Of a stretch of 18,748 bases of DNA, positions 1 through 8,114 are shown piece after piece; within the stretch, counting starts at the first letter, position 1; every line of letters begins with the position of its first letter. The position numbers were made by a program, and so were the translations under genes. The stretch is from contig MHDU01000011.1 in NCBI GenBank assembly GCA_001803635.1, forward strand, positions 1-18,748, read 5' to 3'. The stretch is from Nitrospirae bacterium GWB2_47_37. Its GTDB lineage: Bacteria; Nitrospirota; Thermodesulfovibrionia; Thermodesulfovibrionales; Dissulfurispiraceae. A model generated the notes under the pieces. That model was not told where the DNA came from and made no database searches. It saw only the letters and a program-made list of their open reading frames with translations.

Positions 1-2
1 TG

Positions 3-1568
3 ACCACCCTCGATGTCCTCGCCATAGGATTATTGGCAATAGCCTTGTTCGAGGCGATTTTGAGCATAACGAGGACATATGTCTTTACCCACACTACAAG
101 TAAGATAGACGTAACATTGGGAACAAGGCTGTTCAAGCACCTGCTTGCACTGCCTCTCAGATACTTCGAGGTGCGAAGGGTAGGAGATACGGTAGCGAGG
201 GTAAGAGAGCTTGAGAACATAAGGCACTTCCTTACGGGAGCGCCGCTTACATCAGTGCTAGCTGTAATGTTCATGGTCATATTCATAGCTGTAATGTTCT
301 TTTACAGCACGGTATTAACTCTCGTAGCATTGGCCGCGCTGCCCTTTTTCGCGGGGCTTTCGGCCCTTATAACTCCAATGCTCAGGCACAGGCTCGACGA
401 GAGATTCAACAGGGGAGCGGATGCACAATCATATCTTGTGGAGGCGGTTACAGGAATGCAGACCGTAAAATCTTTTGCGCTCGAACCCGAGTTGCAGAAG
501 AAATGGGAAGGGCTTCTGTCAGGATATATCAGGTCGAGCTTTAAGACATATCAGTTGTCCGGAATTGCCGGGGCATTGGGACAATTCATAAACAGGGCGT
601 CTTATTTAGTCATCTTATGGGTAGGAGCGCATCTCGTGATAGACGGTAGTTTGAGCGTAGGCCAGCTTATAGCCTTTCAGATGCTTTCGGCAAGGGTGAT
701 AGAGCCGGTGCTCAGGCTTGTGCAGATGTGGCAGGAATTTCAGCAGACAGGGCTTTCGATAAAGAGGCTCGGAGATATATTCAACACAAAGCCCGAGCCT
801 GCAATGAATCCTACAAAGGCGAGACTTCCCGCGATAAAAGGGAACGTGCGGCTTGAAGGCGTGCGTTTCAGATACCGTGTTGACGGCTCCGAGATTTTGA
901 GAAACATGTCGTTCGATATAGATCCCGGAATGACTATAGGCATTATGGGAAGGAGCGGTTCGGGGAAAAGCACAGTTGCAAAGCTTATCCAAAGGCTTTA
1001 CATTCCCGAATCGGGAAGGATACTCATAGACGGCATAGACATATCTCTCGCGGACCCCGCTTGGCTCAGAAGGCAGATAGGCGTCGTGCTTCAGGAGAAT
1101 TTTCTTTTCAACGGAAGCGTGAGGGACAATATAGCGATACATTATCCGTCCGCAAGCGTGGCGGATATTATCAGGGTCGCCCAGTTGGCAGGGGCGCACG
1201 ATTTTATCCTCGAACTGCCCGAAGGATACGACACTATGGTCGGGGAGAAAGGCGCAGCGCTCTCAGGCGGGCAGAGGCAGAGAGTAGCGATAGCGAGGGC
1301 GCTTCTTACTAATCCGAGGCTTTTGATATTCGATGAGGCAACGTCGGCTCTCGATTACGAATCCGAAAGTATTATACAGAGGAACATGAAAAAGATGTGT
1401 CATGGAAGGACAGTGATAATAATAGCGCACAGGCTTTCTACATTGAGGAATGCGGATAAGATAATGGTGATAGACAAGGGAGAGCTTATAGAATCGGGCA
1501 GTCATGAGGAATTGATGGGCAAGAATGGGTTATATCAGTATATGTATAACAAACAGGCTAACGGCTAA
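3..1568 (+). CDS. Type I secretion / bacteriocin-type ABC exporter (HlyB family), fused permease and ATPase; 5' end lies outside the window
   Basis: The frame is open from the window edge with no start codon. The N-terminal half is hydrophobic TMD. The NBD shows Walker A GRSGSGKST, ABC signature LSGGQRQR, Walker B LLIFDEATSALD and H-loop IIIAHRLS. An HlyD-type gene follows 12 nt downstream. Confidence 0.85.
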   Translation, partial: TTLDVLAIGLLAIALFEAILSITRTYVFTHTTSKIDVTLGTRLFKHLLALPLRYFEVRRVGDTVARVRELENIRHFLTGAPLTSVLAVMFMVIFIAVMFFYSTVLTLVALAALPFFAGLSALITPMLRHRLDERFNRGADAQSYLVEAVTGMQTVKSFALEPELQKKWEGLLSGYIRSSFKTYQLSGIAGALGQFINRASYLVILWVGAHLVIDGSLSVGQLIAFQMLSARVIEPVLRLVQMWQEFQQTGLSIKRLGDIFNTKPEPAMNPTKARLPAIKGNVRLEGVRFRYRVDGSEILRNMSFDIDPGMTIGIMGRSGSGKSTVAKLIQRLYIPESGRILIDGIDISLADPAWLRRQIGVVLQENFLFNGSVRDNIAIHYPSASVADIIRVAQLAGAHDFILELPEGYDTMVGEKGAALSGGQRQRVAIARALLTNPRLLIFDEATSALDYESESIIQRNMKKMCHGRTVIIIAHRLSTLRNADKIMVIDKGELIESGSHEELMGKNGLYQYMYNKQANG

Positions 1569-1580
1569 AGGTAAACGGCA

Positions 1581-2933
1581 ATGATTAAACGAGTGAAGGA
1601 TTATTTTAAGGGCGACAATCTTGAATACGAGTTCCTGCCTCCGGCGCTCGAGATAGAGGAGACGCCGCCTTCTCCCGCTCGAAGGGTGTTGATATGGGCG
1701 ATATTTGCGATGGTCATTTTGACTTTTTTGTGGTCGTATTTCGGCAAGGTGGATGAGGTCGCCGTGGCGCGCGGAAAGGTCATTCCCGACGGAAGAGTAA
1801 AAGTAATTCAACCGATGGAAACGGGAGTCATAAGGGCTATTCATGTGGAAGAAGGGCAGAGGGTAAAAGAGGGGCAGATACTTATAGAACTCGACCCTAC
1901 CATAAAGCAGGCCGATGCGTTGAGCGCCGCAAAGGCGTTGTCCATTTATACGATGGACAGAGAGAGGCTTATTCAGGAACTTAACGGCAACACGACAGGC
2001 GATAGGCAAGAGGCTATAGGCAATGGGCGAAAGACAAAAGGCATCGGCGCATTGCAGGCAAAACTTAAAGAGGCGAGGGAATCCGAGTATAAGGCAAAAG
2101 AAGACGCCTTAAGGCTTGTAGCGGCGCAGAGAGAAAACGCCCTGCATGCGGCGGGGGCGATTTTAACGAAGCTCGAAAAGACATTCGCGATACTCAAAGA
2201 ACAGGAAACGGCATACAAAGATCTCTACAAGCATGAATACATCTCGAAGATGGATATGCTTAACAAGCAGATGGAATTTCATTCGGCGGAGCAGGAGCGT
2301 GAAGCGCAGAAGAAACTGGTAAGTCAGGCTAAAGACAGCCTCGAAGAAGCAAAGAAAAATTTAGACGCCCTTAAAAAGGAAAGGGAGAAGGGAATACTTA
2401 CGGACATAGTGGACAGGGAAAAGAGCATCAGCGCCATAGAAGGAGAGGCGATAAAGGCAAAGAAGAAATACGAACTCGAAAGGCTTTGCTCTCCTGTTGA
2501 CGGCACTGTTCACGGACTTGCCTCATACACTGTGGGAGGAGTGGTAACTCCTGCCCAACCCTTGGTCACGGTAGTGCCTGAAGGGACGCCTCTTATAATA
2601 GAAGCGACGGCATTAAATAAAGACATAGGATTTTTAAAAGTCGGGCAGGAGGCGGAGGTAAAGTTAGATACATTTCCGTTTCAGAAGTACGGCACCGTAA
2701 AAGGTAAGGTAACGGCCATAAGCCCGGATGCCTTCGAGGATGAAAAGTTAGGTCCCGTGTATAAGATAAAGGTAACTATCGAAAAATTGAAGATCTATGC
2801 GGACGACAGGTATATACCCGTAGCGCCCGGAATGAGCGTGTCGGTAGAAGTGAAGACAAATAAAAGGCGGATAATAGAGTTTTTCCTTTCGCCTATCGTC
2901 AAATACGCGAAGGAAAGCCTGACTTTGAGGTAA
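1581..2933 (+). CDS. HlyD-family type I secretion membrane fusion (periplasmic adaptor) protein
   Basis: 450 aa with a single N-terminal TM (VLIWAIFAMVILTFLWSYF), a long K/E/A-rich coiled-coil and a C-terminal beta domain ending RRIIEFFLSPI. This is the typical HlyD layout and position after the ABC gene. Confidence 0.8.
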   Translation: MIKRVKDYFKGDNLEYEFLPPALEIEETPPSPARRVLIWAIFAMVILTFLWSYFGKVDEVAVARGKVIPDGRVKVIQPMETGVIRAIHVEEGQRVKEGQILIELDPTIKQADALSAAKALSIYTMDRERLIQELNGNTTGDRQEAIGNGRKTKGIGALQAKLKEARESEYKAKEDALRLVAAQRENALHAAGAILTKLEKTFAILKEQETAYKDLYKHEYISKMDMLNKQMEFHSAEQEREAQKKLVSQAKDSLEEAKKNLDALKKEREKGILTDIVDREKSISAIEGEAIKAKKKYELERLCSPVDGTVHGLASYTVGGVVTPAQPLVTVVPEGTPLIIEATALNKDIGFLKVGQEAEVKLDTFPFQKYGTVKGKVTAISPDAFEDEKLGPVYKIKVTIEKLKIYADDRYIPVAPGMSVSVEVKTNKRRIIEFFLSPIVKYAKESLTLR

Positions 2934-3087
2934 AAACGGCAGGCTTAGGGCGAGAGCGATAGGTAATGACGGATTTAAATTGGCAGCTTAGGACTAATGT
3001 CTAAAAGTGAGTCTGACCTTAAGCGGATGATAACTAAGGAGTATAAAATCGAAGATATAATAAAACCGAAAGGGAGGCCGAAGAAAG

Positions 3088-3327
3088 ATGAAGACAAGAA
3101 TAAATAGAACCGTCCCGTTTTTTGTATCGAGGAGTATTCTCTCCCCCAGGGAGAAAGAGATTTTGGAGCGCATGAGAGACGGCAAAACCGACCTCGAAAT
3201 ATCCGCCATTTATACCATCAGCGAATACACTGTAAAGTTTCATATAAAGCATATCCTGCGTAAACTGCAAGCTTCAAATAGGACACACGCCGTAGGCATC
3301 GCCATGCAGAAACGCTTGCTCGATTAA
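3088..3327 (+). CDS. Solo LuxR/GerE-type helix-turn-helix transcriptional regulator (79 aa, HTH domain only)
   Basis: LSPREKEILERMRDGKTDLEISAIYTISEYTVKFHIKHILRKLQASNRTHAV matches the LuxR C-terminal HTH pattern. RBS GGGAGG lies at 3072-3077. No receiver or ligand domain is present. Confidence 0.7.
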   Translation: MKTRINRTVPFFVSRSILSPREKEILERMRDGKTDLEISAIYTISEYTVKFHIKHILRKLQASNRTHAVGIAMQKRLLD

Positions 3328-3362
3328 TTGACATCGAATCTACCCCCTACTCAAATGAGTAG
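3328..3362 (+). promoter_or_regulatory. Sigma70-like promoter candidate overlapped by a 16-bp inverted repeat
   Basis: Perfect -35 TTGACA at 3328-3333, a 17-nt spacer, then TCAAAT at 3351-3356. The palindrome CTACTCA-AA-TGAGTAG at 3347-3362 overlaps the -10. It could instead be the luxR terminator hairpin, but no T-run follows. Confidence 0.3.
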
Positions 3363-3709
3363 CTTACATTGGGGAAGGGGAATGTGGTATATAAAGGCCT
3401 GCATGTCTTGCAGCCGAACTTATAGGGAAGGTATGAACGAATTCAGTACGGCGTAAAAGAGTAAAAGATTGTGGAAATTACTGCTCAACAGAAATGCAAA
3501 AATTCCTGGAAGACTATTCCGACAGATTGCCTCGACTGTCAATGTCCGCTCCGAGCCGATTGCAGAGGAGGATGCACAGCTGCATCAGATGAGGTATATG
3601 GTTCACAATATCGGATTGATCCAATCTGTGAGTTATCTTGTTAAAAAAATTAGGTTGGTTTTTCAACGATAAGGAAAGAGCATGCCTTATTGAGATCGAA
3701 TAACGTGAG

Positions 3710-3726
3710 GCAAGATATAATCTTGC
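3710..3726 (+). promoter_or_regulatory. Perfect -10 box (TATAAT, 3716-3721) embedded in inverted repeat GCAAGAT-ATA-ATCTTGC, 30 nt upstream of the cassette start
   Basis: Read directly from the sequence. The nearest -35-like element, TTGAGA at 3690-3695, has a long 20-nt spacer, so promoter strength is uncertain. The inverted repeat could be an operator. Confidence 0.3.
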
Positions 3727-3751
3727 AGATTACTCTAAGTGGGAGGATTGT

Positions 3752-4303
3752 ATGCCTGACATGAAAGATTTTTTAAATCCGAAATCGATGTTAACGCCCG
3801 GCATTGCAGGCGGATTAACAGCCAGTGTTTCTTTAACATTGGCATCTGCATTTGCAATAAGCTTCAAATGGTCGGCACTTGGCATCAGTTTTTTGCTGGG
3901 GTTGCTTATAATGATTTCCATGCGGAACTCTATTCCCTTATTGCAGCGATTTATATATTGCATCCTAAATTCGCTGATTGTTTTTTCTATGGCGTTCGGC
4001 GCCGGTAAGGGCATTGATTCGCAGCCTCAGCTCGATCCTAAGATTATTGACAAAATTGTGAATACGCAATTATCAGTAGTTGAGCCTCAACCCCCTTCGG
4101 TTTTAGCGTTATCCAATGCATATGCGCAACAATATCCCATTAAATCAGATAAGCCTAAAAAAAGCACTGCTCCTTCCGGAACCGACAAAAAAGGGACAGG
4201 CAGCAATGAATCAAAGGAAAATAATCTGACCAAGAAAGAGATGGAACAGTTAAAAACGTATATTCAACAACAACAGAATTATGATAAGCGATGGTCGTGG
4301 TAA
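3752..4303 (+). CDS. Hypothetical small membrane protein (about 3 TM helices, with a hydrophilic P/K/Q-rich C-terminal tail)
   Basis: RBS GGGAGG at 3741-3746. Hydrophobic segments are GIAGGLTASVSLTLASAFAI, ALGISFLLGLLIMI and FIYCILNSLIVFSMAFGAG. I recognise no family. It is the first gene of the AT-rich cassette. Confidence 0.55.
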   Translation: MPDMKDFLNPKSMLTPGIAGGLTASVSLTLASAFAISFKWSALGISFLLGLLIMISMRNSIPLLQRFIYCILNSLIVFSMAFGAGKGIDSQPQLDPKIIDKIVNTQLSVVEPQPPSVLALSNAYAQQYPIKSDKPKKSTAPSGTDKKGTGSNESKENNLTKKEMEQLKTYIQQQQNYDKRWSW

Positions 4304-4345
4304 GAGAAAAGTGAAATTTTAAGAACAGAAAATGGGGAGGAGAAA

Positions 4346-5152
4346 ATGTGTAAAGATAAGTCAGTGAGTCATTTAAACGAGTTAGGATGGAATGTGGTAA
4401 GATTACCTAAAGAAAATATTAATCCGCTTTTAACTCTTTCCAAATCCAATAGCTATCTTGAAACTTTAGGAGAAATCTCTGATTTCGTGATAGAAGATCA
4501 ACCCAAGCCCCCAGAAATTGTCCAAGACCAATCAGTAGCAGAAATTTCAGGTTTGGAGACTGACAAATTTGAATTGGGAATAGGACTAAAGTTTTTAGAA
4601 AAATTCCTATCTTTAGTGGGAGTAGCGGGATTAGGATTAGAAGCAAGCTTTAAGAATGCAGAATCCATTCAATTTGCCTATCAGAATGTACTGACAGATT
4701 TTGTCTATCCAGTGAAGATTGGAAAGTACTTATTGAGTGTCAGTCCTGATGTCAGTAGCCCCTTTATGGAGCATATTAATGAAGAGGGAGAGGCTTATAT
4801 TATTACAGACACGCTTAGATCTAACACATTCGGTATTGTTGCCTATGATGAAAAAGGTGTAAAAATTGATTTGGATATTTCTGCATTAAAGCAACTTCTT
4901 AGCGCTACTCCACATATTGAAGTATCTAAAGATGAGAAGAAAGTTGTTTCTTTTAAGGGGGATAAATTTCTGCGTTTTGCCTTTAAGGCAATCGGCGTAT
5001 GGGTGGAGATACGGGACGGCAAAGCGAGATTTAAACTGAATAAGCCGGAAGGACCCATTGCACCAATGAAGGCTTTACCGTCCACTTTAATTAGTCCCAA
5101 TGAACCAACACCTGTAATTTTCGGTATGAACACCCTAATCAGACTAAAATGA
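4346..5152 (+). CDS. Bacterial gasdermin-like pore-forming protein (bGSDM-like), 268 aa
   Basis: RBS GGGGAGG at 4334-4340. Cys is at residue 2. N-terminal LNELGWNVVRLPKENINPLLTL..LETLGEISDF, central AEISGLETDKFELGIGLKFLEKFLSLVGVAGLGLEASFKNAESIQFAYQNVLTDFV and later EAYIITDTLRSNTFGIVA follow the conserved pattern I recall for bacterial gasdermins. The length is typical (240-300 aa). The similarity is recalled, not computed. Confidence 0.7.
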   Translation: MCKDKSVSHLNELGWNVVRLPKENINPLLTLSKSNSYLETLGEISDFVIEDQPKPPEIVQDQSVAEISGLETDKFELGIGLKFLEKFLSLVGVAGLGLEASFKNAESIQFAYQNVLTDFVYPVKIGKYLLSVSPDVSSPFMEHINEEGEAYIITDTLRSNTFGIVAYDEKGVKIDLDISALKQLLSATPHIEVSKDEKKVVSFKGDKFLRFAFKAIGVWVEIRDGKARFKLNKPEGPIAPMKALPSTLISPNEPTPVIFGMNTLIRLK

Positions 5153-5180
5153 ATCATAATAACTAAAAAGGAGATAAAAC

Positions 5181-6248
5181 ATGTCGAATCAAGAATCGAT
5201 CAACAGAGGTCTTGACAGGGCATATAATGAGTTGAAACCTGAAGATACGATAAAATGCGATATAGAGTCTGTGCGTATCGTTATCTTTTCAGATCATCAC
5301 AGGGGAGTTCGCGATGGAGCTGACGACTTCCAGCGGTGTGAAGGGGCATATTGTGCCGCACTCGGATATTATTTAGAGAGAGGTTATAACCTCATAGTTC
5401 TCGGCGATGCAGAAGAATTGTGGGAGTGTAGGCCCGCCCCTGTAATTAGAGCTTATGAAAACACATTGAAGCTTGAGGCAGAATTTTATAAGAATAGGGA
5501 AGACCGCTACTGCCGTATTTATGGAAATCACGATGATTACTGGAGGGATACGGGTAGTATTAATATAGGTGGGGAACAAATAACGGCAAGGGATAAGCTG
5601 ATGATAAGCCTGCATGATAAAAACAATAAATCTATTGGGGACATTTTTTTTGTTCATGGTCATCAAGGGACTTTTGAAAGCGACCGCTTTGGGAAGATCA
5701 GCAGGTTTTTTGTAAGAAACCTCTGGAGACCCTTTCAGAGGATTACTCATATAAAGTTGACTACACCTGCCAAGGATGCAGAATTGCGCGGCGAACACGA
5801 TACGGCAATGTATAATTGGGCTTTAAATAAGAATAATGGGCAAAAAAAGCTTTTGCTGATTGCAGGCCATACGCATTTGCCGGTATTCGCATCAAAAGAT
5901 CATATAGGAAAGATTAGCGATGAGCTTAAATCTCTTCAGCAGCAGCTTGATAATGCGAGGACATCCGGCGATCCCCATGTTGACGGCATTGCAGAACAGA
6001 CAGCGGAAAAACGGGCTGAGCTTGAATATCGAAAGGCGCAAAAGAATATGAAAGAGGATCAGAAAGGCATTTTTATGGAGAAGCCATGCTATTTTAATTC
6101 CGGCTGTTGTTCATTCAGCGATGGAGATATAACAGGATTGGAGATTGCTGACGGAAAAATAAAGCTTGTTAAGTGGCCCAAAGATAATCCGAGAGTAGAA
6201 GTTCTTGAGGATGCCGACTTGAGAAGCGATATTTTTGGAAGCTTATAG
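5181..6248 (+). CDS. Calcineurin-like metallophosphoesterase (LpxH-like arrangement) with a C-terminal extension
   Basis: The ordered metallophosphoesterase motifs are FSDHHRG, LGDAEELWE, YGNHDDYW, VHGHQG and AGHTHLP. RBS AAGGAG precedes the ATG. Confidence 0.8.
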   Translation: MSNQESINRGLDRAYNELKPEDTIKCDIESVRIVIFSDHHRGVRDGADDFQRCEGAYCAALGYYLERGYNLIVLGDAEELWECRPAPVIRAYENTLKLEAEFYKNREDRYCRIYGNHDDYWRDTGSINIGGEQITARDKLMISLHDKNNKSIGDIFFVHGHQGTFESDRFGKISRFFVRNLWRPFQRITHIKLTTPAKDAELRGEHDTAMYNWALNKNNGQKKLLLIAGHTHLPVFASKDHIGKISDELKSLQQQLDNARTSGDPHVDGIAEQTAEKRAELEYRKAQKNMKEDQKGIFMEKPCYFNSGCCSFSDGDITGLEIADGKIKLVKWPKDNPRVEVLEDADLRSDIFGSL

Positions 6249-6299
6249 CATTGCTGTACCTTAAGTTTTTTAAGATGACGTTTGTGAAAGGAGACGGCA

Positions 6300-6875
6300 A
6301 TGATTTACGAATACGAGATAGACGGCTTGACGGTGCGGACAGGCGATATCATCTGCACTTCTGACGGCGCTGCGGATACCGATATCAAAGGCCAGTTCTG
6401 GCGGCTGCTGGGGAAAATAATACCCGGCGAGGTCGATCACATTATTATTTATGTAGGACCAAACGGTCGTTGCGTAGAAGCGGGAGCAAAAGGCAGGGTG
6501 ATAACCTTTGAGATTATGGATACTACATGGGATTTTCAGAAGATGATTGCAAAAAGGGGAATAATAGATACCCTGTATGGAGCAGCATATCCGCTTCAGG
6601 GGAAGAGTCTGAGCGAAACGGAGATAACAGGAATACGGGAAGCGGTTGCCGCGTATTGCCTGAGGCAGGCTGAATTGGAGAAGCCGTATAATATGAATTT
6701 CCTTGATTCAACCACCGAAGATGCATACTACTGCAGCCAGCTCGCTTACCTTGCATATTTCAAACACGGCATCGACCTGAATACCGGCAAGGGAATACCC
6801 GAAATACCAGGGACTGAGCGCATAATCTTCCCGCAGGAGATATGGAGCGGGTGCGGGCATAAAAAAGCGCGGTAA
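6300..6875 (+). CDS. Permuted papain-fold cysteine peptidase/amidase, YiiX / peptidase C92 (DUF830)-like
   Basis: GDIICTSDG near the N-terminus, HIIIYVG....VEAGAKG in the middle and a late YYCSQLAYLAYFKHGIDL (catalytic Cys motif). This order is typical of the circularly permuted NlpC/P60-like YiiX family. RBS AAGGAG. Confidence 0.6.
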   Translation: MIYEYEIDGLTVRTGDIICTSDGAADTDIKGQFWRLLGKIIPGEVDHIIIYVGPNGRCVEAGAKGRVITFEIMDTTWDFQKMIAKRGIIDTLYGAAYPLQGKSLSETEITGIREAVAAYCLRQAELEKPYNMNFLDSTTEDAYYCSQLAYLAYFKHGIDLNTGKGIPEIPGTERIIFPQEIWSGCGHKKAR

Positions 6876-6888
6876 ACAAGTTTCGCTC

Positions 6889-6918
6889 TTGCCAAAATCC
6901 ATGCTTATTTTGTAGAAT
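6889..6918 (+). promoter_or_regulatory. Sigma70-like promoter candidate for rpmE
   Basis: TTGCCA at 6889-6894, an 18-nt spacer, then TAGAAT at 6913-6918, about 35 nt upstream of the rpmE start. Confidence 0.35.
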
Positions 6919-6953
6919 AAGAGTCTAAATTTTTATTTTCAGGAGGGTTTGCG

Positions 6954-7154
6954 TTGAAAGAGGGAATACATCCGAAATATAAAGAGGTAAAGGTCGCCTG
7001 CGCCTGCGGAGAGACTTTTACCACGAAGTCCACAATGGACAATATAAAGCTCGATATCTGCTCCAAGTGCCACCCGTTCTTCACCGGCAAGCAGAAGATA
7101 TTGGATGCCGAGGGAAGGGTAGAAAAGTTCAAAAAGAAATACGCTAAGAAGTAG
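6954..7154 (+). CDS. rpmE: 50S ribosomal protein L31 (zinc-binding type)
   Basis: [27 protein letters not shown]...[13 protein letters not shown] is the canonical L31 sequence with a CxC...CxxC pattern. TTG start with RBS AGGAGGG. Confidence 0.9.
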   Translation: MKEGIHPKYKEVKVACACGETFTTKSTMDNIKLDICSKCHPFFTGKQKILDAEGRVEKFKKKYAKK

Positions 7155-7170
7155 CGAATAAACATATCGG

Positions 7171-7210
7171 GGTTAGAGCGCGGGGTCGTTTGCGCTCTAA
7201 CCTTTTTTTT
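7171..7210 (+). terminator. Rho-independent terminator after rpmE
   Basis: An 11-bp perfect stem, GGTTAGAGCGC (7171-7181) with GCGCTCTAACC (7192-7202), a 10-nt loop, then T8 at 7203-7210. Confidence 0.85.
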
Positions 7211-7223
7211 ATTAAGGAGATAT

Positions 7224-8114
7224 ATGCATAAGATAGGCGGACAGGCCGTAATAGAAGGCGTTATGATGAAATCTCCCGAAGGCTGGAGCGTGGCCGTAAG
7301 GGGCCCGAAGGGCGACATCAGCTTTAAAACTGTAGTAACGAAAAAACCGAACAGGTTTTTCAGGCTGCCCTTTGTAAGAGGCGTGGCTGCCCTTATTCAG
7401 GCGCTTTCCATCGGCGTTAAGGCTATCGAATTTTCGGGAAATATCGCGTATCAGGAAGACGAGAAACCTATAGGCACGCTCGGCATGGGACTGACCATCG
7501 GTTTCGCGATTATTTTAGCCATAGCCCTTTTCAAGTTCCTTCCGCTTTTTCTCACGACTTTAATCGGAGGCGTTTCTGAAGGCGTTTCAAAAAGCTCCTT
7601 TATGTTCAACTTTATCGACGGGACGATTAGGGTGGGAATATTTCTTTTCTACATATTCGCCATCGGGCTCTGGAAAGAGATGAGGAGGATATATCAGTAT
7701 CACGGTGCGGAGCATAAGGTTATTTACGCTTATGAAGCCGGGGAGGAACTCACGGTCGAAAACGCGAAGAAATATAAGCCGTATCATCCGAGGTGCGGAA
7801 CCAGCTTTTTGCTGATAGTGATGGTTATCAGCATGCTCGTATTCATGTCGATCCCGCAGGGCTGGTCTTTTTCCGGAAAGCTGATGTCAAGGATTGTCCT
7901 GTTGCCTGTGATAGCGGGCATTTCTTACGAGACGCTGAGGCTTTCGGCGAGAATGAAGGATAATCCGGTCGTAGGGCTGATCGTCCTTCCCGGACTTTTG
8001 CTCCAGAGGATGACCGTGCGGGAGCCGGACGACACGCAAATAGAGGTGGCGCTGGCGGCAATGAACGAAGTCCTGAAATTAGGCGCGGATAAAGAGGTTT
8101 GCAAACAGTGTTAA
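7224..8114 (+). CDS. DUF1385 (YqhQ-like) membrane protein, commonly linked to prfA/prmC
   Basis: The N-terminal [23 protein letters not shown] and the later YHGAEHKVI and HPRCGTSF motifs are characteristic of DUF1385. Its position between rpmE and prfA is the usual one. Confidence 0.75.
   Translation: MHKIGGQAVIEGVMMKSPEGWSVAVRGPKGDISFKTVVTKKPNRFFRLPFVRGVAALIQALSIGVKAIEFSGNIAYQEDEKPIGTLGMGLTIGFAIILAIALFKFLPLFLTTLIGGVSEGVSKSSFMFNFIDGTIRVGIFLFYIFAIGLWKEMRRIYQYHGAEHKVIYAYEAGEELTVENAKKYKPYHPRCGTSFLLIVMVISMLVFMSIPQGWSFSGKLMSRIVLLPVIAGISYETLRLSARMKDNPVVGLIVLPGLLLQRMTVREPDDTQIEVALAAMNEVLKLGADKEVCKQC

Noticed and set aside
3469-3672. 67-aa ORF in the luxR-cassette intergenic region
   Set aside because: It has a TTG start without a Shine-Dalgarno sequence and no recognisable motifs, and its composition resembles the surrounding non-coding sequence. 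It is more likely part of a long leader or regulatory region.
6904-6921. CTTATT/AATAAG hairpin after the C92-like gene as a terminator
   Set aside because: It is an all-A/T 6-bp stem with weak predicted stability. The same bases overlap the better-supported rpmE promoter -10 (TAGAAT), so I did not list it as a feature.
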